Part shown: one piece after another, positions 9,100-17,159 of the stretch
Layout: each line of letters starts with the position of its first letter
Numbering within the stretch: the stretch's first letter is position 1
Assembly: GCA_964496125.1 (NCBI GenBank)
Contig: CAZBXE010000001.1
Location: 102,011 to 166,010 of the forward strand
Source: an uncultured bacterium
GTDB lineage: Bacteria; Chlamydiota; Chlamydiia; Chlamydiales; CAZBXE01
DNA: 64,000 bases
Direction of reading: 5' to 3'
Notes under the pieces: model-generated
The model's database searches: none
Told to the model about the DNA's origin: nothing
The model's input: only the letters and a program-made list of their open reading frames with translations
Translations under genes and position numbers: made by a program

Positions 9100-9891
9100 T
9101 TATTTATTGAAAAAGCTTTCAAATTTTTCTTTTTCGCTTTCAAGGTGATCTTCATGGGTGAGATCATTGATGAAAATGGGAACCGCTGTGACAAAACCTT
9201 TTTTCAAAAGAGTAATATCGCTCTCATCGTGCTCATCGAAGTTTGCGGTTTGCATGCCAAGCCAATAATAATCATGACCTTCAGTGGGATGGGTTCTAGC
9301 TGATGGATTCTCCTTCCAATAGGCAAGTCCTTGCCTTGCTAGCTTAAATCCTTTTACATCGTTTTCGTGAATGCTTGCCGGAAAGTTAACATTTAGAAAG
9401 GTTCCTCGAGGGAGGGGGTGGTTGATGATGTACCTGACTACAGAAGGGATATATTTTTGAGCTACATCATATCCAGGTTCTTGGTAATTTTGACAAGAGA
9501 AAGCAGCCCCTGGGATGTGGTTAAGAACGCCTGTTACAACGCCGCCTACAGTGCCGCTATGTAAAAGATTTCGTCCGGCATTGCACCCTCTGTTGATGCC
9601 AGAGAAAACAAAATCTGGTGGGTCATCTTGCAGCAGCAAACTCACAGCTAGTTTCACGCAATCGGAAGGGGTGCCGGACACTGAATATGCGTTTGTGCCT
9701 TCAAAGGTAAGAACTTTCTGAACGTGAAGAGGCACGCGACATGTAATGGACAAAGCGACTCCTGACTGCTCTGTTTCAGGGGCAATGATGGTAATTTTGG
9801 CCATGTCCTTTAAGGCTTTCCAAAGGTGGAAGATGCCAGGAGCATTGATGCCATCGTCGTTAGTTATCAGGACGTGAGGTCTTCTTTCCAT
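9100..9891 (-). CDS. surE: 5'/3'-nucleotidase SurE
   Basis: HVLITNDDGINAPGI ... IIAPETEQSGVALSIT signature; 263 aa. Confidence 0.9.
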   Translation of the reverse strand: MERRPHVLITNDDGINAPGIFHLWKALKDMAKITIIAPETEQSGVALSITCRVPLHVQKVLTFEGTNAYSVSGTPSDCVKLAVSLLLQDDPPDFVFSGINRGCNAGRNLLHSGTVGGVVTGVLNHIPGAAFSCQNYQEPGYDVAQKYIPSVVRYIINHPLPRGTFLNVNFPASIHENDVKGFKLARQGLAYWKENPSARTHPTEGHDYYWLGMQTANFDEHDESDITLLKKGFVTAVPIFINDLTHEDHLESEKEKFESFFNK

Positions 9892-9936
9892 ATTTGCTCA
9901 TTATATCTGAAGCGTGATTTATTCTGAATAGGCTAC

Positions 9937-11727
9937 TTAGATATAGTCCTCTGCGATTTCCCTTTTGTCTTTTCCGTCTAAGACATGGAAAGTCTGTAGT
10001 CTTTGCAGACGCAGAGGCGAGAGTTGCCCTTGGGGAAGATAAGCAATTTTCTTGCCTTGCCGTGCGGCGTACCTTTTGAGATAAAGCGGGGGGGCAGTTA
10101 AGGAAACAAAGACAATTACAGGCTCTTCTGCATAGTCAATGGCTGCCATCAGGAGCACTTCTTGCTTGTCTTTGCATCCTCTGTAGTCGGGGTCTGTCCA
10201 GATGTTACCCAGCCTCAGTGGTGGGTAAGATAACATGAAACCACCGTAGCGGCAGCGGCAAATTCCAGGTCCGACTAGGTCAACTCCAAAGGCAGAGGCA
10301 TAGAATGCCATGTCTGACTCTTGAGAGTGTTCTCCAAGCCAACTGACTTTCCAGGGGTATTTCTCTTGAAAGGGCTGTCCTTCTTTTGGGGTATCAGGGT
10401 CGAAGATCACCACCACGGACCCAACCGCGCCCGAGGGTTTTCCGTGGATTTTTACATAGAGTTTTTTTTGAGGCCAGTGTCTGATCGTTTCCCGTACATC
10501 CAGTCCATCTTCTAGACTTGTCGAAAAGGCTGTTGTAGAAGCCCCTTCTTCTAAGAGAATTTGCTTTCCTTTTTTTTGCAAAAAGTTTCCAAAACTTTCA
10601 ACAACAATATCTTCTGGTGGATAAGAGCAAATTCCATAAAATGGGGAAAGGCGAAATCTGAAGCTGGAGCGGTCCTTATCTCTCTTTTGGATTTGTCTGC
10701 CTTTATTTTTTTTCTCTTTGAGGTGAAAGATGATTTTTTTGTGTTTCCCCCAAAGGTCTTCAAGGGATAGGTCTATCACGTCTATGCTGTCGATGTTTTT
10801 ATGGTGGGGGTAATCAGTAGCAAGCTCCCAAACTTCATAGGCATAGTTATGATTTACGCACCCTTTTGCAACTGTTAGCATCTGGTAGAAATCGGGGAGC
10901 AAGCCGCCTGTAATATAGGCGTAGTTTCTTCCAAAACGCATCATGTTGCGGAAGTGGTAATTTGGGAACTCTTCTTCTTGTGTAAGCGTGTAGTTTTTTG
11001 CCGCTTCCTTATAGAGATTGTAAAGCAGTTTCTGCCTATCTAAAGGAGGACCTCGTCGATTTTCTTCATAGTGTTTTGAAACATAACCACATTCAGACAG
11101 GACTTCTCTGCAGGAAGGTTCTGTCAAGGTGTAGACTCCTATATGGCTTCTTGCTGCATGTTCGTAGATAGGGAAGGAATTTTGATCCATCAAATCAAGC
11201 ACTGCCGCTACATGGAACATTCCGCCTATAAAAAGGATCCTTTCATAAGAAAGGGAGAGTTCTTTTAATTTTCTTGCCATATGAAGCTCTCGCTTGATAT
11301 CAAGAGAATATTTTTGTTGAGGAGCTTTTATGTAGGCCGCATAGTAGTGCTGTAGGCCTATTTTGTAGATCGAATAAGGATCGGGGAGGTAGTCTTTGCG
11401 ATCGGGATACTTATCAACGTCTAAATCAATGCAAAAGGCAGGGCGATTGTGTTCTAAGGCACATCTTAAAGCCTCAAAGCACCCATCGCAGGGCTCCACC
11501 AAGGTGTAGAGATGTCTTCCCTGCTCGCTTTCAGCTCCAATGACGCTAATGTCGGGAAGTCTTCCTGTTGCTTGCAGGAAAGCGCTTTGCATGTTTTCTG
11601 GGAACTCAACTGCTACGCAATCAGGTTGAATTTTTTCAAAAGAGGCCCTGACAGCTTCTGCTGTTTCCATGTTGTAATGGAGGATGGGAACGGCAAAAAC
11701 AGAGTCTTTTTGGATCTCAAAGGACAT
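9937..11727 (-). CDS. Hypothetical 596-aa protein with a TraB/Tiki-like N-terminal module; partner of the upstream AAA+ ATPase
   Basis: VFAVPILHYNMETAEAVRASFEKIQPDCVAVEFPE resembles the TraB-family GTxH...PDxVxVEL block. Its start overlaps the AAA+ gene stop by 11 nt. Confidence 0.45.
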   Translation of the reverse strand: MSFEIQKDSVFAVPILHYNMETAEAVRASFEKIQPDCVAVEFPENMQSAFLQATGRLPDISVIGAESEQGRHLYTLVEPCDGCFEALRCALEHNRPAFCIDLDVDKYPDRKDYLPDPYSIYKIGLQHYYAAYIKAPQQKYSLDIKRELHMARKLKELSLSYERILFIGGMFHVAAVLDLMDQNSFPIYEHAARSHIGVYTLTEPSCREVLSECGYVSKHYEENRRGPPLDRQKLLYNLYKEAAKNYTLTQEEEFPNYHFRNMMRFGRNYAYITGGLLPDFYQMLTVAKGCVNHNYAYEVWELATDYPHHKNIDSIDVIDLSLEDLWGKHKKIIFHLKEKKNKGRQIQKRDKDRSSFRFRLSPFYGICSYPPEDIVVESFGNFLQKKGKQILLEEGASTTAFSTSLEDGLDVRETIRHWPQKKLYVKIHGKPSGAVGSVVVIFDPDTPKEGQPFQEKYPWKVSWLGEHSQESDMAFYASAFGVDLVGPGICRCRYGGFMLSYPPLRLGNIWTDPDYRGCKDKQEVLLMAAIDYAEEPVIVFVSLTAPPLYLKRYAARQGKKIAYLPQGQLSPLRLQRLQTFHVLDGKDKREIAEDYI

Positions 11728-12568
11728 GGATCAAGGCTTCATCGCCTAAAGTTTTTACGATCGCTTCTCTTAAAAGCCCTTCAAAGTTGCCCTTGGGGCC
11801 AAGAAATTGAATTCTTTTTGCTGCATAGCGAGCTATATTGATCCCATCACGGATCGAGTAGTTCGCATGCCGCGCGTGTGCTCTTTGGAGAAAGTCAACA
11901 ACGTAGTCTAAGATTTCTTCATCGATAAAGGGGAGATTTTCATGCAGAATTCTCCTTTCTTCTTCGGCTTCTGGAAAATCAAGATAGATTTGGGGTTGCA
12001 CTCGGCTGTCAATGTATTCAGGAATTTCAAAGGTAGAGGCGTCATCGTTCATCGTAACGCAGATTCTAAAACTGGGGTCTGCAGTGATTTTAAGGCCCGC
12101 TACGATCGAGTCAATATAACGTCTTGTATCGAGTAGGGGTGCAAGAGAGGCCCAGGATTTTTCACTCATGCGGTTCGCTTCATCCAAAATGCAGACACCA
12201 CCTCGAATCATGGCTGTAACAAGAGGAGAGGCGACATAACGGATGCCCCCTGTTTTATCCACTACGGGGGTAATAAGCAAATCCTCTGGCCTTGTGTCCA
12301 TGGTGCACTGGTAGATGTAGACATCGCGTTTAATGGCTTTAGCAGCAGCATACGCAAGGGTTGTCTTTCCTACACCTGGTTTGCCGATCAGTCTCGGGTT
12401 TAAGGGAATATCCTTTTTATCGATCACCGTCCAGCTTGCAAGAAGCTGGTCCATAACATCTTGTTGCCCAATCCACTTAAAGGGAAACTCGTCAGGAAAA
12501 CTGAGGGCAATTTCGATCCCTTGGATTGTGATACGGCTTTCATGCTCGCTTGGCTGGGTATAGCTCAT
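11717..12568 (-). CDS. Compact AAA+ ATPase of the MoxR / CbbQ-NorQ class
   Basis: Walker A GKPGVGKTT, Walker B VCILDEANR, sensor-1 ICVTMN; 283 aa. Confidence 0.75.
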   Translation of the reverse strand: MSYTQPSEHESRITIQGIEIALSFPDEFPFKWIGQQDVMDQLLASWTVIDKKDIPLNPRLIGKPGVGKTTLAYAAAKAIKRDVYIYQCTMDTRPEDLLITPVVDKTGGIRYVASPLVTAMIRGGVCILDEANRMSEKSWASLAPLLDTRRYIDSIVAGLKITADPSFRICVTMNDDASTFEIPEYIDSRVQPQIYLDFPEAEEERRILHENLPFIDEEILDYVVDFLQRAHARHANYSIRDGINIARYAAKRIQFLGPKGNFEGLLREAIVKTLGDEALIHVL

Positions 12569-12577
12569 ACCTCCAAA

Positions 12578-13315
12578 TTATAGGGTAAGGGCTTTATCTG
12601 ATCCATACAAAAGCGCTGATTGTGCCAAATTTTCCCTTGCATGAGGGAAGTGTTCTGTGATTTCGGAGAGCCAAGTGTCCACTTTTTTGCGCATGGAATT
12701 TTGCCCTACGGGACAGCGGCACATGACCCTCGAGAGTCCATAGTGCTTTGCAAAGTTGCGGATGTCTTCTTCTGCGACTAAAATCATGGGACGAATGATG
12801 GTAACCCCGTAGCGGTGCATTGGCACTTTAGGCAAGTTTGCGGCAAATTCACCTTTTTGCAATAGATTCATCAGAAGAGTTTGCACGCTATCGTCACGGT
12901 GGTGTCCAAAGGCAATGTGGCTAATTCCCTGTTCTTTGGCCGCATCAAAGAGAAGCTTTCTTCTTTCCCGGGAGCAGCTATAACATTCGAGGGTTTCTCT
13001 TTTTTGGGTAGATTCCCGGATGATGAGGGGAATACCGATATCTTCACACATTTTTTTCAAAAATGAAGTTTGCACTCCGGCGCCACAGGAAAATTCTCCC
13101 GTAATGTGAAGAGCTGTAATTGCAGCGTCAGGAAAACCTCTTCCAACAATCGCTTTTAACAAAAAGAGGAGGGTAAGGCTGTCTTTTCCTCCGCTGAGGG
13201 CAACGCCGAGCTTTTCGACTCCGTTTAGGAGTTCAAACTTATGCAGGGCTTTTCGGACCTGGCTTTCTAGCTTTTTGCCAAGGGCGGTCCAGGGAGGTGA
13301 GGGGAATTTGTCCAT
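12578..13315 (-). CDS. ttcA: PP-loop ATPase, tRNA 2-thiocytidine synthase TtcA-like
   Basis: PP-loop LSGGKDSLTLLFLL, plus CxxC clusters CYSCSRERR and CRCPVG. Confidence 0.75.
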   Translation of the reverse strand: MDKFPSPPWTALGKKLESQVRKALHKFELLNGVEKLGVALSGGKDSLTLLFLLKAIVGRGFPDAAITALHITGEFSCGAGVQTSFLKKMCEDIGIPLIIRESTQKRETLECYSCSRERRKLLFDAAKEQGISHIAFGHHRDDSVQTLLMNLLQKGEFAANLPKVPMHRYGVTIIRPMILVAEEDIRNFAKHYGLSRVMCRCPVGQNSMRKKVDTWLSEITEHFPHARENLAQSALLYGSDKALTL

Positions 13316-13390
13316 AAGTTCTTAAAAAGGTTCCAGAAAAAGCTGCCGGTAGTATATACTACCCATTCATTATAACCAAATGCAAATGAG

Positions 13391-13636
13391 ATGACAAGTA
13401 AAGCTGGAAGAAACGATCCTTGTCCCTGTGGGTCTGGTAAAAAGTACAAACAATGTTGCTGGAACAAAAGTATACCTGGCAAAAAAAAGTTTAAGGCTAC
13501 GTTGATTAGCGGTGGCGGCCCGAACCTGATCGATCGTACTTTTAGCAAGTCATTTCCAGCTGAGAGTAGCGCTCCTCCACCGCCAATAAAGGAGTTACCC
13601 CCAGAGCAGATTCCCGAGCGCAAACCGGGAGGATAG
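13391..13636 (+). CDS. Small SEC-C motif protein
   Basis: N-terminal [18 protein letters not shown] is a SEC-C zinc-binding motif. The tail is Pro-rich. Confidence 0.6.
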   Translation: MTSKAGRNDPCPCGSGKKYKQCCWNKSIPGKKKFKATLISGGGPNLIDRTFSKSFPAESSAPPPPIKELPPEQIPERKPGG

Positions 13637-13642
13637 AGTTTT

Positions 13643-13718
<76 letters not shown>

Positions 13719-13729
13719 TTTTCCTTTCA

Positions 13730-13812
13730 GGGGGTGTCGCATAGCGGCCAATTGCTTCGGACTGTAAATCCGACGACTCCGGTCTACGCTGGTTCGAATC
13801 CAGCCGCCCCCA
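13730..13812 (+). tRNA. tRNA-Tyr (anticodon GTA), copy 1, long variable arm
   Basis: Acceptor GGGGGTG/CGCCCCC, anticodon stem TCGGA/TCCGA, loop CTGTAAA, T-arm CTGG-TTCGAAT-CCAG. Confidence 0.9.
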
Positions 13813-13970
13813 TTTCTTTGGACGATTCTTAAAACCCAACATCGTTAAGAAGGGTTCTCTCACTGAAAATGAGAGACTTCCGTCTTTCAATTGCAAGTTC
13901 TGAAACAAAAAATTGTAATGACCAAGATATCATCGGACAGTTGTGTAGAAATCTCGTTTTCAAATACAAT

Positions 13971-15148
13971 TTATATGTAGTTTCCGCCCATCTGTTTTAA
14001 CCAAGAAAGTGCTGAGTAAGCAGAGCCTGTTCGGATCATCACATTTTCAATAAAATCAATAATTGGTTGTATCGTTGGATCTGCAAATCTTTGATGGATT
14101 TTGAAAGTATTTTCCTGGACTGATATTTGACCAATCCTTTTATGATCTTGAGATATCGCGAGAGAATCAATGTGGAAACCACGGACCGTCCCCCCTCTAA
14201 AACTTTTAACATCTCTTCCTTCAGTAGCAGATTCTACAAATGAACTAGTATGCAAAGCTCCAATTTTGTGGTTATTTAATAAGGCTCGGATTTGTGCTGC
14301 ATCGTATCTAAATGAATATGATTCCGCTGGGGCAAACCTTACATTCTCCAACTTCTCTTTTACAAAAGCTTCCCATACTTCTCTTGAAGGAGCCAGGATA
14401 ACCGAGCTTCCAACATGGAATATACCATCGTGATCATAATAAGAACTCATGCTGTCTTCATGCTGAACATATCTGGTAGTAAAATCCTTAAAAGATTCAG
14501 ACGCTCTTGGGTATTTGACAGGAATACCACATGATTGATGCATCCAATACATGCCTTCATAATATAATTCAGAGCCAATCTGAGACCCATTTTTCAGAGC
14601 TTGACCAAATTGATAATCTAATTGTCTATCACCTTTTCCAACAAAAGGTTGTAATTGAACTGCAAAACCATAACTGTTTGTATGCCATTTCCACTCTTTG
14701 TATTTGAGTTCTAGAAATGCAGGCAGGTAACCCCTGCTGGCAGCTTCTTGGAAAGTTTCCTGCCTCGGGAATCGCGTGTTTTCCAATCAGATTTTTCTCC
14801 CATTGCTTGATCATACGCTGAATTGAAAAGAGCAAAGTCTCTACAACAGTAAGAAAACGTCTCTAAATCTCTAGCGCTTAAAGAAGGAAAATCTTTTTCG
14901 TCATCTTTACCCCATTTGATTCCAAAAAGAGCATGGGAAAGTTGAATTTGTGAGAGAACATCACCTTCTTTTACAGCTTGCTTGAATAGAGTATTGCACG
15001 TTTCTACACTTCCTTTAAGTAACATCCTAATTTCATTGATATCACCTCTAGCATGCCTAATTGCTTCAAGGTTCATTGCTGTCGTGCCAATAGCTTGCTG
15101 AAATGCCACTGAGTGTGATTTGGTGGCATGCAAAATGGGACTTGTCAT
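13971..15148 (-). pseudogene. Hypothetical protein gene split by a frameshift (ORF 15148-14711 and ORF 14786-13971)
   Basis: The upstream ORF has a strong SD (AGGAGGAAAGTTATG). The downstream ORF starts only at a TTG directly after an in-frame TGA, and the two overlap by 76 nt in -1 register near A-runs. The region is visibly AT-richer than its neighbours. Confidence 0.45.
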
Positions 15149-15310
15149 AACTTTCCTCCTTACGCCTTTCTTGTGGCAAGGGTTATCAGTCTTCGGGACT
15201 TTAGGGCCGAAAACAGTATAAGAAGGAAGGCAATCAACGAATCTGCGATCGCATAAGAGGAAGATTCTACTGAATTTTTTAACTGTTTAAGAGATCTGTT
15301 GTTCGTAGGG

Positions 15311-15595
15311 TTACTGTGGGATAGCGGTGTGAAAGCGGAGTGTAAATTGCATGGGGCCCGGCATACGATTTTGCTTCGGAGCAATGTCTACTTGTAAGGT
15401 GTGTTTATTGGTTGTGATCAAATACCCTTTTTCGTTCTGTTCGATCTTAAGGATAAGGTCAGCTGAGTCTAACGCTTTACTGAGCTCCTCGCTTTTCAAG
15501 ATCGCCTCGATTTCTTTTTTGCTTTGGTAAAAGGGGGGAAGCGCAGCAAAGGCTGCTTGTGCAAGTAAAAGGTGCAAGAGTAATATTTTTTTCAT
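15311..15595 (-). CDS. Small secreted hypothetical protein
   Basis: 94 aa with signal peptide MKKILLLHLLLAQAAFA. Confidence 0.5.
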   Translation of the reverse strand: MKKILLLHLLLAQAAFAALPPFYQSKKEIEAILKSEELSKALDSADLILKIEQNEKGYLITTNKHTLQVDIAPKQNRMPGPMQFTLRFHTAIPQ

Positions 15596-15610
15596 ATATA
15601 CCGACTTGTT

Positions 15611-16579
15611 TCAAAAGGGGGAATGCATCGCCTGGAGTAGTGACCGGATGGCTCCCACGTTCATTTTATTAAATAGCAGAAATGAGGGTTCTCGAGAAGG
15701 GTCAAACTTTTCCCAGAATTTTGCTTGTCCATTCAAGCTGAAAACCTTTTTTAACCCTTGGAAGATAAGGCGCACAATGTAAGAGGTGGTTTTAGAAAGA
15801 CCGGAAATTTCCGTAAGGTCTTCTGTAACAATCGGGCCGATTACTGCTCCTTTACTTCCTTCTTCTTTAAGAAGAGTAAGGGCCCGGATCACAAGCGACT
15901 CTGAAGTCCCATTCGGGGCCTCTTTTGCTGTGATGAGGTTGTTAAGAAGCCAGGTGCCCTTGTTTCCTATTTGATTGAGCTGGAGGAGGCCAACCGTTTC
16001 ATTGCCTTTTTTAGCAACAAGCCATCGCTTACCTGCGGGGTCATCAAAGATTTTAAGGGGCGCAAGGTAGATTTGAGGTCCCTTTCGACCCGACTGCCAA
16101 GCTCTCCCCATGACGGTGATCTCGCTTTCGAGGGCAGGGTTGCCTCCCTGATACTCTTGTATATCAACTCCTTCTTTCAGCGCATGCTTAATTTTTTTTC
16201 GAAGGAGAACTCCGTGAGGCCCCCGCTTGGCAAGTTGATCTACCCCCGGGTCTATTGTCAAATTGTAGGCAAATTGCATTCGAATAGGACAGATTTCTTT
16301 TTGACAAAGAATAGCAAACTGTTTGCCAGTCATTGTATAGACAAAGTCTAAACTATTCTCCTGGCAAAAAAGGAGAAAAGCTTCCGCAAGGAGGAGTTTG
16401 TCTTCGTCGGCAGAAGCGGGTTCTCCGAAGACGATGGCACTCCTGCCAATAACTCTGTAACCAATAAAGCCATCTATTCCATTGTATGTAAAAGTACTGC
16501 ACTCAGGGTCAAGTAGGGCGTCGCTATTTACCCTGGCAAATTTCCTCACATTTTTAACGAATTTTACTCTATCTGCCAT
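15611..16579 (-). CDS. Stand-alone DUF2156 protein (catalytic domain of aminoacyl-phosphatidylglycerol synthases such as MprF/LysX)
   Basis: Blocks IGYRVIGRSAIVFGEPAS, LRKKIKHALKEGV and KFWEKFDPSREPSFLLF match my recollection of the MprF C-terminal domain. There is no membrane (flippase) domain. I prefer start MADRVKF (ATG 16579) to the track's 16681. Confidence 0.55.
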   Translation of the reverse strand: MADRVKFVKNVRKFARVNSDALLDPECSTFTYNGIDGFIGYRVIGRSAIVFGEPASADEDKLLLAEAFLLFCQENSLDFVYTMTGKQFAILCQKEICPIRMQFAYNLTIDPGVDQLAKRGPHGVLLRKKIKHALKEGVDIQEYQGGNPALESEITVMGRAWQSGRKGPQIYLAPLKIFDDPAGKRWLVAKKGNETVGLLQLNQIGNKGTWLLNNLITAKEAPNGTSESLVIRALTLLKEEGSKGAVIGPIVTEDLTEISGLSKTTSYIVRLIFQGLKKVFSLNGQAKFWEKFDPSREPSFLLFNKMNVGAIRSLLQAMHSPF

Positions 16580-16697
16580 ACTTTCGGAGTGTAAGGAAGG
16601 AGGGAAAACAGTCAAGCAACAAAATGGCAAAGAAACTTGCGTGTTCCCTAGGTGTGTGCTATGATGAGGGCAAGAACTCAAACAACAGGAGGTCTAT

Positions 16698-16814
16698 ATG
16701 TCTAAAGAACTTAAACATAAACGAGACGAGAAGAAGAAGCCTGCTTTATCCCCAAAAGAGAAAAAGGCAAAAAAAGCTGAAAAAAAGATGGCTAAGGGTG
16801 GATCCGCTAGTTAA
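16698..16814 (+). CDS. 38-aa lysine-rich small protein (below the ORF-track cutoff)
   Basis: MSKELKHKRDEKKKPALSPKEKKAKKAEKKMAKGGSAS. AGGAGG lies 5 nt upstream of the ATG, and a hairpin terminator follows. Confidence 0.45.
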   Translation: MSKELKHKRDEKKKPALSPKEKKAKKAEKKMAKGGSAS

Positions 16815-16858
16815 CCGTTTAATATTCAGCTGTTTTTGTTTGAGTATGTTTCATGTTT

Positions 16859-16894
16859 TGCCGGCAGCTTGTTAGTTTGCCGGCATTTATTTTT
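16859..16894 (+). terminator. Rho-independent terminator
   Basis: TGCCGGCA-11 nt-TGCCGGCA stem-loop followed by TTTATTTTT. Confidence 0.6.
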
Positions 16895-16904
16895 ACAGTG
16901 GTTT

Positions 16905-17074
16905 ATACTTAAATAAACTGAAAAGGCTGTTTCTGCCTGCTCTCTTCAGGCTTTCATTTTTTTGCCCGCCTGCATTGTTAAGATTTTTACCCAGAGCTGT
17001 TTTCGCGCCGCTACACTTGCAAAAATTGAAAGCGCCTCCATGGCATATTCCCGACTTTTCAATTCACGTGGGTA
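16905..17074. mobile_element. MITE copy A (IS630-type, TA-flanked, degenerate TIRs)
   Basis: Roughly three-quarters of positions match copy B (60650-60817) in my by-eye alignment. Shared blocks: GTTTCTGCCTGC, TTTTTGCCCG-CTGCAT, CTTGCAAAAATTGA--GCGCCTCC-TGGCATATT. TA dinucleotides sit at 16903-04 and 17075-76. Confidence 0.65.
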
Positions 17075-17159
17075 TAGGTTTGAAGTTTTACACTGATTAA
17101 TTTAATTTGCAATTAATTATCTATTGTATTACAATGAAATGATTTATTTAGGAGTAAAA

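Noticed and set aside
14711-14786. Programmed -1 ribosomal frameshift joining the two ORFs
   Set aside because: There is no X XXY YYZ slippery heptamer in the zero frame (the sequence is TGG AAA ACA), and I could not find a convincing downstream stimulatory structure. A mutation or sequencing error is more likely.
16580-16681. N-terminal extension (MSSCPHHSTHLGNTQ...) of the DUF2156 ORF
   Set aside because: It is low-complexity and Cys/His/Pro-rich, and it overlaps the SD region of the divergent small ORF. The family-like sequence begins at MADRVKF.
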